Shown: one piece after another, positions 22,847-33,239 of the stretch
Numbering within the stretch: position 1 is the stretch's first letter
Layout: each line of letters opens with the position of its first letter
Source: Pachysolen tannophilus NRRL Y-2460
Lineage: Eukaryota
Direction of reading: 5' to 3'
DNA: 64,000 nucleotides
Assembly (NCBI GenBank): GCA_001661245.1
Contig: KV454017.1
Coordinates: 549,061 to 613,060, forward strand
The notes under the pieces: generated by a model
The model's database searches: none
Told to the model about the DNA's origin: nothing
Seen by the model: only the letters and a program-made list of their open reading frames with translations
Made by a program: the position numbers and the translations under genes

Positions 22847-23701
22847 ATGATTGTTTGTAAGACTTCAAGTCTTATTCATGGCACAAGAAACAAAGTATTG
22901 CTGTCGAAAATTCTAAGTAGAAAGATGCATGTTCGATTTATTCCCATGAGATGGGGTTCTGGTGATAATTATTGTTATGTAATTACTGATAGTCAGAGTA
23001 AGGATTCTTGGATTATTGACCCAGCAGAACCAGATGATATAGTTCCAACTTTAGAGAAACTTTCGAATGATATCAGTTTGAAGGCAATTGTTAATACACA
23101 TCACCATTGGGATCATTCCAATGGGAATAAATTTTTTTCGATAAAATATAAAGGGTTGCCGATTATTGCAGGAAAAGATTCACCTTTAGTTACATATACA
23201 CCATCACATAACGAAGTTATTCAATTGGGTACCAATATTGAAATTAAGGCATTACATACCCCATGTCATACACAGGACTCCATATGCTATTATGCAATTG
23301 ATAAGCAAACAAACGAGAAATGTGTCTTCACCGGTGATACTTTATTCACTTCTGGTTGTGGGAGATTTTTTGAAGGTACGGCAAAGGAAATGAATAAGTG
23401 TTTGAACGACATTTTAAGTTCATTGCCAGATGATACCGTGGTTTATCCCGGTCATGAATATACACTGTCAAACTGCAATTTCAGCTTGAAAGTTATGCCT
23501 CGAAACAAAGAGTTACAAGAATTGGCCAAGTTTGCCAATAAACATGAATTTGCCACTGGTCATTTCACCATTAAAGACGAAAAACTATTTAATCCGTTCT
23601 TCCGGTTGAATAAAGATAAGGAGGTGGTTGATTTCTGTAAAGGATTAGCAGATCCAATCCAGATAATGGACTTTCTCAGGACTCTGAAGAACAATTCCTG
23701 A
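22847..23701 (+). CDS. GLO2: Glyoxalase II (hydroxyacylglutathione hydrolase, Glo2/Glo4)
   Basis: NTHHHWDHS, HTPCHTQDSIC, FTGDTLFTSGCGRFFEG, YPGHEYT. Confidence 0.96.
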   Translation: MIVCKTSSLIHGTRNKVLLSKILSRKMHVRFIPMRWGSGDNYCYVITDSQSKDSWIIDPAEPDDIVPTLEKLSNDISLKAIVNTHHHWDHSNGNKFFSIKYKGLPIIAGKDSPLVTYTPSHNEVIQLGTNIEIKALHTPCHTQDSICYYAIDKQTNEKCVFTGDTLFTSGCGRFFEGTAKEMNKCLNDILSSLPDDTVVYPGHEYTLSNCNFSLKVMPRNKELQELAKFANKHEFATGHFTIKDEKLFNPFFRLNKDKEVVDFCKGLADPIQIMDFLRTLKNNS

Positions 23702-24187
23702 TCAAAGCAATTTTTCAATATATATAAATATATATTTTTTACCTTTTTTTTCTCGTTTTTTTGTTTGTTTTTTTTTTACTCTTTTTTTTTTTGAATATGG
23801 ATGGGCCAATAATCCCATACCATATCTCACCTATTTATTCTTCTTTTAATGCTGCTCTCTAATCCTTATCGTCTATAAATGGAGCATAAAACCTTCAATT
23901 CGTAGTTATCATCCTCGTTGTCGCACACACACCAAAGTATTTGCCCGTGTTTTTGTTTTGAGAAAAGTTCTGCCATTTTAAAAGAAGAAAAAAAAAAATT
24001 TTTTTTTTTTTTTTTTCTTTCTTTCTTGATTCAGATCATCATCACGAAGTTAAAATTTAACAAGCAGTTTAATAGTTTAATTTGTTTGTGAAATAATTAT
24101 TTATAACGGCGCTTATACTTCCCGAGTAGATATATAAGGTTTTTTCCTTTTAATCCGGTAATCCTGTAATTCTGAGGTGTGTGAAGA

Positions 24188-27100
24188 ATGAAGGAAATTG
24201 TTGTTGATGTTGAGCCGAAGTATATCAAGGGGATTGAGTTTGGGGCCTTGTCTACTTCAGATATCATTTCTCAATCTGAGATTGAAATATCAACAAGAGA
24301 TTTATATGATTTAGAACAAGGTAGAATTCCAAGAGCAAGTGGTGCTTTGGACACTCGGATGGGTATATCTTCGAATTCGTCGGAATGTAGTACTTGTCAT
24401 GGGAATTTGGCGTCTTGTCATGGGCATTTTGGTCATATAAAATTAGCCTTACCAGTTTTCCATATTGGATATTTTAAAGCTATTATACAAGTTTTACAAT
24501 CGATTTGTAAGAGTTGTTCTTGTATTTTATTAGATGAGCATTCTAGAAGATCATTTGCAGATGAATTGAGGAAACCAGGGATTGATAATTTGAGAAGGAT
24601 GAAAATATTAAAAAGAATTTTGGATCAATGTAAAAAACAAAGAAGATGTTTTAAATGTGGTGGATTAAATGGAGTTGTTAAGAAAGCAGCTAGTGGTTCA
24701 TCAACAGCGGCTTTGAAAATTATTCATGATTCTTTTAGATGGGTTGGAAAGAAATCTGTTCCTGAAAAATTGAAATGGGATGAAGCATTTGATAAATTAA
24801 TTGAAAATTCACCAGAATTAGAAAGATTTATGAAAAGATGTTATGAAGATTTAAATCCATTAAAAGTTTTAAATTTATTTAAACAAATTCCACCATCAGA
24901 TTGTGAACTTTTAGGTATAGATTCTGGAAGAGGTGGTAGACCTGAAATGTATATATGGAGATATTTACCTGCTCCACCAGTTTGTATTAGACCTTCAGTA
25001 ATGATGCAAGATTCACCTTCTTCAAATGAAGATGATTTAACAGTTAAATTAACAGAAATAGTTTGGACGTCAAACTTGATACGAGCAGGTATTGAAAAAG
25101 GTATATCAATAAACAATTTGATGGAACAATGGGATTATTTGCAATTATCGGTTGCAATGTACATAAATTCAGACGTTGTTGCACCATCAATGTTACAAGG
25201 TGGTAGTTCGTTTGGATCAAAGACAGCAAAACCAATAAGAGGTTTATGTCAACGATTAAAGGGTAAACAGGGGAGATTCAGAGGGAATTTGTCTGGTAAA
25301 AGAGTAGATTTCTCTGGTAGAACTGTTATTTCTCCTGACCCAAATTTATCTGTTGATGAAGTTGCTGTTCCGGATAGAGTAGCAAAAGTTTTAACGTATC
25401 CAGAAAGAGTCACTAAATATAACAAGGCAAAGTTACAACAGTTGATCATAACTGGTCCTTCTGTTCATCCAGGTGCAAATTATTTATTGAAAAAAAATGA
25501 AGATGTCAGAAGAAATTTAAGATACGGTGATAGAATGAAATTGGCTAAATATTTGAGTATAGGTGATGTTGTCGAAAGACATATAGAAGATGGTGATATT
25601 GTCTTATTTAATAGACAGCCGTCATTGCATAGATTGTCTATCTTGTCCCATTACGCCAAAATCAGACCTTGGAGAACCTTTAGATTAAATGAATGTGTCT
25701 GTACTCCATATAATGCTGATTTCGATGGTGATGAAATGAACTTGCATGTTCCGCAAACAGAAGAAGCTAGAGCAGAAGCAATAAATTTGATGGGTGTTAA
25801 AAATAATTTGTTAACGCCAAAGTCTGGTGAGCCAATTATTGCAGCAACACAAGATTTTATTACTGGTTCTTATTTGATTTCACACAAAGATTCTTTCTTT
25901 GATAGAGCAGAATTGACACAATTGTTGTCCATGATGTCAGATGGTAATACTCAATTTGATTTACCTCCTCCTGCAATTTTCAAACCAATTTATTTATGGA
26001 CTGGTAAACAAGTTTTTTCTTTGTTGATAAGACCAAATCATGAATCAAATGTGGTAATTAACCTTGATGCCAAAAATAAAACATTTATTCCACCAATTAA
26101 GAAGGGCCGGCCTAATGAAATGTCACCAAATGATGGATTTGTTATTATTAGAGGATCCAATATATTAAGTGGTGTAATGGATAAATCTACCTTAGGTGAT
26201 GGTAAGAAACATTCAGTCTTTTATACTATCTTGAGAGATTATGGTCCAGATGCGGCTGTAACTGCAATGAATCGTATGGCAAAGATGTGTGCCAGATACT
26301 TGGGTAATAGAGGTTTTTCCATAGGTATTAACGATGTGACACCAGGAGATGAATTAAAAACTAAAAAAGAAGAAATGGTTGAAAGTGCTTACAAGAAGTG
26401 TGATGATTTAATTGCCTTATATAATGAAGGAAAATTGGAAACTCAACCTGGTTGCGATGAAGAACAGACTTTGGAAGCTAAAATTGGTGGTTTGTTATCA
26501 AAGGTTAGAGAAGAAGTAGGTGACGTTTGTATTAACGAATTAGATAAATTGAATGCACCATTGATCATGGCAACGTGTGGTTCAAAAGGTTCTACTTTGA
26601 ATGTCTCACAGATGGTTGCTGTGGTGGGACAGCAGATTATTTCTGGTAATCGTGTTCCTGATGGGTTTCAAGATAGGTCTTTACCACATTTTCCTAAACA
26701 CTCCAAGACTCCACCTTCAAAAGGTTTTGTTCGTAATTCATTTTACTCTGGATTAACTCCAACAGAATTCTTATTTCATGCCATTTCAGGAAGAGAAGGT
26801 TTAGTTGATACAGCTGTTAAAACGGCTGAAACTGGTTATATGTCTCGTAGATTAATGAAATCTTTGGAAGACTTGAGTTCTCAGTATGATACCACTGTTC
26901 GTAACTCGAGTAATGGTATTGTACAATTCAAATATGGAGGAGATGGTTTAGATCCTTATGATATGGAAGGTGATGCAAGGCCGGTTAATTTTAATAGAAC
27001 CTGGGATCATGCGTATAATTTAACTTTCAACGTTAATGATCGATGTTTAAAGCCTTATGAGGTCATTGACTTAACTCACAGCATATTAAAACCTTTAGAA

Positions 27101-28552
27101 GAAAAATTAATCAGATTAGACAACTTGGGTAACGTTGTTTCTAAGGAAAAGGACTCTGCTATTGAAAATATCGATCAATATGATGGTGAAAGAAACTTTT
27201 ATCAGTCAATTAGAGAGTTTATTTTTGCTAAAGCTGAAAAATTATCAAAGGTCAGACATAATAAAGGTATGAAGCCATTACTATCTAAAAATGAATCACG
27301 CTCATCCGCAAAACTGGAAAAGAATGATACAGTAGTACAACAATTAAGCAAAATATCAGAGAAAGCTATTATTAAATTCTTGGAATTTTGTATTTTAAAA
27401 TATTCGAGAGCTAAGGTTGAACCTGGTACCGCAGTCGGTGCCATTGGTGCACAATCTATTGGTGAACCAGGTACACAAATGACGTTAAAAACGTTTCATT
27501 TTGCTGGTGTTGCCTCGATGAATGTTACATTGGGTGTTCCTCGTATAAAGGAAATTATTAATGCATCTAAAATTATATCAACCCCTATCATCAATGCTGT
27601 ATTAGTTAATGATACCGATGAAAGAGCTGCCAGAGTTGTTAAAGGTAGAATTGAGAAAACTTTATTGGAAGATGTTGCTTATTATATTCAGGATGTTTAT
27701 AAGGAAAATGAGTCATATTTACAAGTAAAGATTGATTTGAGAACGATTGAGAAATTACAATTGGAATTGACAATTGAAGAGATAGCTAATGCTATCTCCA
27801 GTGCACCTAAATTGAAAATTAGTCCCTCTGATATTTCGATAGTTGGTAAGAACAAAATCAATGTTTATGTTGATCAGCCATCGGTAACTTCAACTGCAAA
27901 CTCTTTAAATTCCTTAAAATCAGATGACCTGAATAATTCCTTATTTTTCAGAATGCAACACTTGAGAAGGACTTTACCTCAAATTGCTGTCAAAGGTTTA
28001 CCAAATATTTCCAGAGCTGTCATCAATATTAGAGACGATAGTAAAAAAGAATTATTAGTTGAAGGTTACGGCTTGAAGCAAGTCATGACTACTGACGGTG
28101 TCATCGGAACACTGACAAAGACAAATCACGTATTGGAAATTTTTGAAGTATTGGGTATTGAAGCTGCAAGATCTTCCATCATCAACGAAATCGACTACAC
28201 AATGTCCAAACACGGTATGAGTGTGGATCCTCGTCACATCCAACTTTTGGGTGATGTCATGACCTATAAAGGAGAAGTTTTAGGTATCACAAGATTCGGT
28301 CTTTCTAAAATGAGAGACTCAGTATTGCAATTGGCATCTTTTGAAAAAACTACAGACCATTTATTTGACGCGTCATTCTACATGAAGAAGGACTCGGTTG
28401 AAGGTGTTTCTGAATGTATTATTTTAGGTCAAACTATGAATATTGGTACTGGTGCATTCAAATTGGTTAAAAACAGTAATATTTCGGAATCTGATTTGAA
28501 ATTGAAGCCAACGCTATTTGAAAACTTGTGCTCTGAAGAAATAGCTGTTTAG
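24188..28552 (+). CDS. RPO31: RNA polymerase III largest subunit C160
   Basis: [60 protein letters not shown]; no CTD. Confidence 0.99.
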   Translation: MKEIVVDVEPKYIKGIEFGALSTSDIISQSEIEISTRDLYDLEQGRIPRASGALDTRMGISSNSSECSTCHGNLASCHGHFGHIKLALPVFHIGYFKAIIQVLQSICKSCSCILLDEHSRRSFADELRKPGIDNLRRMKILKRILDQCKKQRRCFKCGGLNGVVKKAASGSSTAALKIIHDSFRWVGKKSVPEKLKWDEAFDKLIENSPELERFMKRCYEDLNPLKVLNLFKQIPPSDCELLGIDSGRGGRPEMYIWRYLPAPPVCIRPSVMMQDSPSSNEDDLTVKLTEIVWTSNLIRAGIEKGISINNLMEQWDYLQLSVAMYINSDVVAPSMLQGGSSFGSKTAKPIRGLCQRLKGKQGRFRGNLSGKRVDFSGRTVISPDPNLSVDEVAVPDRVAKVLTYPERVTKYNKAKLQQLIITGPSVHPGANYLLKKNEDVRRNLRYGDRMKLAKYLSIGDVVERHIEDGDIVLFNRQPSLHRLSILSHYAKIRPWRTFRLNECVCTPYNADFDGDEMNLHVPQTEEARAEAINLMGVKNNLLTPKSGEPIIAATQDFITGSYLISHKDSFFDRAELTQLLSMMSDGNTQFDLPPPAIFKPIYLWTGKQVFSLLIRPNHESNVVINLDAKNKTFIPPIKKGRPNEMSPNDGFVIIRGSNILSGVMDKSTLGDGKKHSVFYTILRDYGPDAAVTAMNRMAKMCARYLGNRGFSIGINDVTPGDELKTKKEEMVESAYKKCDDLIALYNEGKLETQPGCDEEQTLEAKIGGLLSKVREEVGDVCINELDKLNAPLIMATCGSKGSTLNVSQMVAVVGQQIISGNRVPDGFQDRSLPHFPKHSKTPPSKGFVRNSFYSGLTPTEFLFHAISGREGLVDTAVKTAETGYMSRRLMKSLEDLSSQYDTTVRNSSNGIVQFKYGGDGLDPYDMEGDARPVNFNRTWDHAYNLTFNVNDRCLKPYEVIDLTHSILKPLEEKLIRLDNLGNVVSKEKDSAIENIDQYDGERNFYQSIREFIFAKAEKLSKVRHNKGMKPLLSKNESRSSAKLEKNDTVVQQLSKISEKAIIKFLEFCILKYSRAKVEPGTAVGAIGAQSIGEPGTQMTLKTFHFAGVASMNVTLGVPRIKEIINASKIISTPIINAVLVNDTDERAARVVKGRIEKTLLEDVAYYIQDVYKENESYLQVKIDLRTIEKLQLELTIEEIANAISSAPKLKISPSDISIVGKNKINVYVDQPSVTSTANSLNSLKSDDLNNSLFFRMQHLRRTLPQIAVKGLPNISRAVINIRDDSKKELLVEGYGLKQVMTTDGVIGTLTKTNHVLEIFEVLGIEAARSSIINEIDYTMSKHGMSVDPRHIQLLGDVMTYKGEVLGITRFGLSKMRDSVLQLASFEKTTDHLFDASFYMKKDSVEGVSECIILGQTMNIGTGAFKLVKNSNISESDLKLKPTLFENLCSEEIAV

Positions 28553-28776
28553 CATGTATAGACAATTATAAATTTTGTAAATTAGTTAATTGATAAATCG
28601 TTATTATCTAGAGATCTGAAAATTTTTGCAAATTTGTAAAGAAAAACATAAAATAAAATAAAATACAATAAAATAAATTTTACGTGAATTTTCATTAAAT
28701 CTACATTTTTAAATTCATAGAAAGCGTTTCGTTAGAGCGTTTGGATGATCATCTAATTCAGATTCAAGAATAAAGA

Positions 28777-31101
28777 ATGCTAGAGACTTTGAAGACATAC
28801 TTGGTGAGGCCGTCAGATAAAAAGTTTGGACTAACTGCGTACCGTGATTCACCATATGTATTGCGTTCAGTTCTAATCAGGCCCAGACCACCGTTAAGTA
28901 TTGAAGAGAAACAGAAACATCACTTGGTTTCCACAGAGGTCTTGGAAGTCTTTGGGATATATGTGCATTTGGATACGTTGGCAGTTTTAGTGTGTTGTCT
29001 TGACAAGTCATCTTTTGTAATAAGGAAAACAGTCGATGAGTTGCTGGATCTGATGTTTCGCTCTACTGTCAGCAATCTAAAAGATGATAGTCACAATGAC
29101 AATGTTAGTGGTATTGCAAAGGAAGATCAAAATAACAAAGACTTGAATTCAGGAAGCGTGACTTCATCATCTTCTTTATCTTCTTCATCATTCTTTGTGG
29201 GTTCTCAAAGTGGTAATTGTGAAGTAAGAAGAAAAGTACGCGTTTCTAAAGAAACAATTCGAAATACATCAGAAATAGTGGACATTGATGATTTAACAGT
29301 AGAAGATTTGTTAGTTGAGTTAGATTTCATTGAGGAAACTTATAAAATTAAGATACCTTCAGAACTTGCATTTAATACGGATTTTCAATATCCAGCTAGA
29401 GAGTCATTGCATCAAATTCATCATAACATTAACCCAATTCCATTCTTACCGATATATTTGGGTTTCCAAGAATACCATGGCCAGTTAATAAAACCTATAA
29501 ACTACAATGATGATACGTATCAGTTTAAAATGATAGTCAATAAGGAAAAGATGGTTTTTTTCCAAAGGATTTACAGTATATTATCTTCTGAAATGATTAT
29601 TGTTAACCCTTTAGATGTTCCAAATGACATTGGAACATCATATCCAAAGCTAGCTGTTGCTATTGATAATGTTACAAATCTGGAGCTAGATGCGAATGAC
29701 ATGAGGTTGGATAGAAGTTTTGGAAATAGTGATGTTCCAGGAGAGACAAATTTCATTGAAAAAATCTTAAACTATTATGAGCGCTACTTAACTGAACAAA
29801 AAGCAAAAATGGAACTGAAAAGTACAACTGATAACTCATCCACTCCTTCTGAGGATTGGGAAAAAGTATCAAGTGTTGAGGAGGTGCTAAATATTCCGAG
29901 CGGTTTAACTCCTCCTCCTCCTCCTCCTCCTCTTCTTCAATCTTTATCAACTACGCAAACGTCAAATCAAAATGAAAAATTTCCAGACAAGAAGAACTGG
30001 TTATCTGCAAATGAATCCGCGCAAAAAGGAATTTCTCCTAACGGAGTTATCAGTGTGCGTAAGATTAAAGTTTTCAGCAGTTCTGTAAATTCAACACCAA
30101 GAAGAAATTTGAGTGAAAAACTTATCAATGATAGTAAGAATAAAATTAAGGTTTTTTTTGGTATTAAAGACGAAGAAAAATCCGAGGAAAATGCATTTAA
30201 TGAGAGTATCCTGATAAGCGATTCTGATGATAGTTTTGATGATATGTTAAGTGATAGCGATTTTGAACATGACGAGAATGCAACTAATCTTCATGAAAAG
30301 ATCAAATATCACGTTTTGGAAGAGGGGAAGAAGGGAACTGTTGAAGAAGGAAAAGATAATTTGAATAATAATAATAATAATAATGATGATATGAAAAATG
30401 ATACTAATGTGCAGTTAGTCAAACCAACACCGAAGGATAACAAGTTAGTACATGATTTGGAATCGATTGAAGACTCGCAAGAGATAAATATTGTGCTACA
30501 TCCTTCAACCAATAACGATAATCTTGAAGCACAAGTTCCCATTAAAGGAAATGGTAAAATTTTGGAGAAAATGAATGATCCAGATTCAAATTTTAGTAGT
30601 AGTCTTGGAGAATTTTTCCAAAAAAATTCTGATAATGCTAATAATGCTTTGAAAGAACTAAGTAATATAGCCTTTTCAGAGTCTAGCTTATCTCTGAATT
30701 TAGATAAAGAACTGGAATCGACATTTACAAGAAATGATCTTGATAATGTTGTTACTGAGGTTATTGAAGAAAATGGGAATGAAGATAAATTTCAAGAACC
30801 ATACATGAAACAAAAACAAAAAAAAGAAATTTTTAATTCTTCAGTTGATTCAAATTATTATTCAAATATGAGTAATCAACCAAAGAACAATGATAGTAGA
30901 TTTAAAATTTTTGTTGATCAAAGTGATTGTGAAGAAAATATTCTCAAAACTGTGGAAAATTTAGAACAAACTACTAATAAAATCGCTAAAGGTACAAAAC
31001 GTCAAGCCCCGCATTTACAAGAAACTGGTAAAAAAACAATAACTAGAGACGCCATAAAAGATTATCTTTCTGGCAACACTTCAAAAAGAAGAAAGGACTA
31101 G
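28777..31101 (+). CDS. Uncharacterised 774-aa protein
   Basis: Long ATG-initiated ORF with a globular-looking N-terminal third, a poly-Pro tract and an acidic/Asn-rich tail; family not recognised. Confidence 0.75.
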   Translation: MLETLKTYLVRPSDKKFGLTAYRDSPYVLRSVLIRPRPPLSIEEKQKHHLVSTEVLEVFGIYVHLDTLAVLVCCLDKSSFVIRKTVDELLDLMFRSTVSNLKDDSHNDNVSGIAKEDQNNKDLNSGSVTSSSSLSSSSFFVGSQSGNCEVRRKVRVSKETIRNTSEIVDIDDLTVEDLLVELDFIEETYKIKIPSELAFNTDFQYPARESLHQIHHNINPIPFLPIYLGFQEYHGQLIKPINYNDDTYQFKMIVNKEKMVFFQRIYSILSSEMIIVNPLDVPNDIGTSYPKLAVAIDNVTNLELDANDMRLDRSFGNSDVPGETNFIEKILNYYERYLTEQKAKMELKSTTDNSSTPSEDWEKVSSVEEVLNIPSGLTPPPPPPPLLQSLSTTQTSNQNEKFPDKKNWLSANESAQKGISPNGVISVRKIKVFSSSVNSTPRRNLSEKLINDSKNKIKVFFGIKDEEKSEENAFNESILISDSDDSFDDMLSDSDFEHDENATNLHEKIKYHVLEEGKKGTVEEGKDNLNNNNNNNDDMKNDTNVQLVKPTPKDNKLVHDLESIEDSQEINIVLHPSTNNDNLEAQVPIKGNGKILEKMNDPDSNFSSSLGEFFQKNSDNANNALKELSNIAFSESSLSLNLDKELESTFTRNDLDNVVTEVIEENGNEDKFQEPYMKQKQKKEIFNSSVDSNYYSNMSNQPKNNDSRFKIFVDQSDCEENILKTVENLEQTTNKIAKGTKRQAPHLQETGKKTITRDAIKDYLSGNTSKRRKD

Positions 31102-31665
31102 ATATTATTAAAGAAATGAAAAAAATGAAAAAAATTTTTTAATTTATCTATTTCATAAGTAAATAGAGTTGCAGTTGCAGTTGCAGTTGCATCGGTCATA
31201 TTTTTTTTTTCTTTTTTTTCTTTTTTTTTTTTTTTGTGTGTTTTCTGATCTAGACTGATCTTGAATTTCTATTTCTACCCCAATTCTAATTCTTTTACTA
31301 ATTCTCTTAAAATCTTTAAGCATGAAGAAAACGCATTCCACATTCCAGCCCTGTACGGAAATTGGGTTATCTTATATCCGTACTTTATTTTATTTTTTAT
31401 TTTGATTTTTTCAACCACAATACGCTTAAACGCGACTATATCCAACGGCTGCATGAAGATGATTAAACTTTAACAATATTCCGTTTTCAATTGGTCCAAA
31501 AGGTTAACAAAATCCAGCATTATTTAGATTACTTTCAAATAACCAACCAATAGTTTATTTTCATTGTGATACTTTTCCATTATTGAATTTTCATTTTTCT
31601 TTTTTTTGCCACGGAAAATCTAATGTTTTCCAAGCTCATGCAACTCCGACAAGGTTGAAATGTAA

Positions 31666-31721
31666 TTTTTCAGGTATTATTTATTTATTTTGGTACAAAA
31701 AAATAAATAATACCTGAAAAA
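31666..31721. repeat. Inverted repeat with perfect 21-bp arms
   Basis: TTTTTCAGGTATTATTTATTT (31666-31686) and AAATAAATAATACCTGAAAAA (31701-31721), separated by a 14-nt spacer. Confidence 0.95.
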
Positions 31722-32403
31722 AAAAAAAGGTTTTTCACATAGTACTCCAAAAAGAGATATTTAAGTCCGAATATAAAAATGTTTCTTTTCTTAAATATTA
31801 TCAAAATATTATTGATTTAACTAAAAAAAATCCAACAATAATGTTTAATTTTTTTTAATATTTCTGTTTCTGTATACGAGGTGGGATGTGCTTCTAATTT
31901 CGGCCCACTTTACAAAGCATGTAGCATAAAGCATGAAGCATAAAGCATGAAGAAACATGAGGTAAGGTAAGTTGATAGAAATTTTACCGTGTACCCTAAT
32001 TTTGAATTCGGTGTTTAAGTAAAATTATGTATCTCTCAAACTTTGCAGCCTTCTTATCTGGCTTTTTTAAGCGCCTTTTACAGAAGTTACATTCTTGATT
32101 ATAAATTTAAAAGAACCAAAAGAAAAAAAAAAAAAAGGACCAACATGTGAAATATAGTTATGTCGTATTTTTGAACTAATGTAGTAATTGCACAATTCTG
32201 GTTAATTCAACATTTAACTGTAAAGTGACGTTGCGGTTCAAAGATAAGACCTTTCGCTTTTTTTTCCTTTATATATTCGTATTTGTCTTTGTAAAAGCAT
32301 TTAAACCTTTTTTCTTTTTTCTATTTTTTTATTTTGTAATTGTTTAAATTCTTAAACTGATCGACTGGACGACAGAATAGAAATCTTGTTGGGAAGAAAA
32401 GTG

Positions 32404-33192
32404 ATGGTAGTAGAGACATTTTCATTAATCTCAGTTGACTCATCACCAAATAATAATACTAATACTCATAGTAATAATAATAATAATAATAATTCATTCA
32501 CAATGCAATCAGTGCAAGTCAAATTGCAAACACAATCTCCAGAAATTAATGAAGAAAGTACTTCTTATTCAAGACCTTATAAATCAAGAAGACAAAGGCC
32601 TTGTGATTTTTGCAGAAGAAGAAAAGCTTGTTGTATAATTGAAGGTACTTTACCTTGTAAGTTATGTCGCAATTTTAATAAAGAGTGCACTTTTAAAGAA
32701 GGTCCAATTTCAAGACCAAAACCAAAATATGATGAAAATGGTCAAAGAATAGTAGTAAGAAGAAGGTCTGCTCCATCTGCTCAAAAACAACAAAAAAATA
32801 AAATTACAAATGAACCTGCAACTAAAAAGAGAAGATACACTACAGCAACAGCGTCTGCGACAGCTTCTGCTCCAGTTTCTGCAACAGCGTCTGCAACTGC
32901 TTCTTCAAAAAATGAAACAGCTAATACCTCTTCTAGTTCTTCTTCTTCCGTCCAAGTTTTCAACTCCAAGCCTAAAAGTCTTGTGGAAAATAATGCTGTG
33001 AAAAAAGAAGAACAGTACAGTATGAAGTTCCCGTCATTTCCAGTATCTTCACTACCTCCAAGTTCATTTTCAGTTCCTTCAACATTCACGTTTGCAGTCA
33101 CACAAGCTAATAACAATGGTTCAAATGATGATTCAGTGGTGAATGCTGAAAAACCTTTAAACTATTCAGGATGTAATGATAACGATAATAAC

Positions 33193-33239
<47 letters not shown>

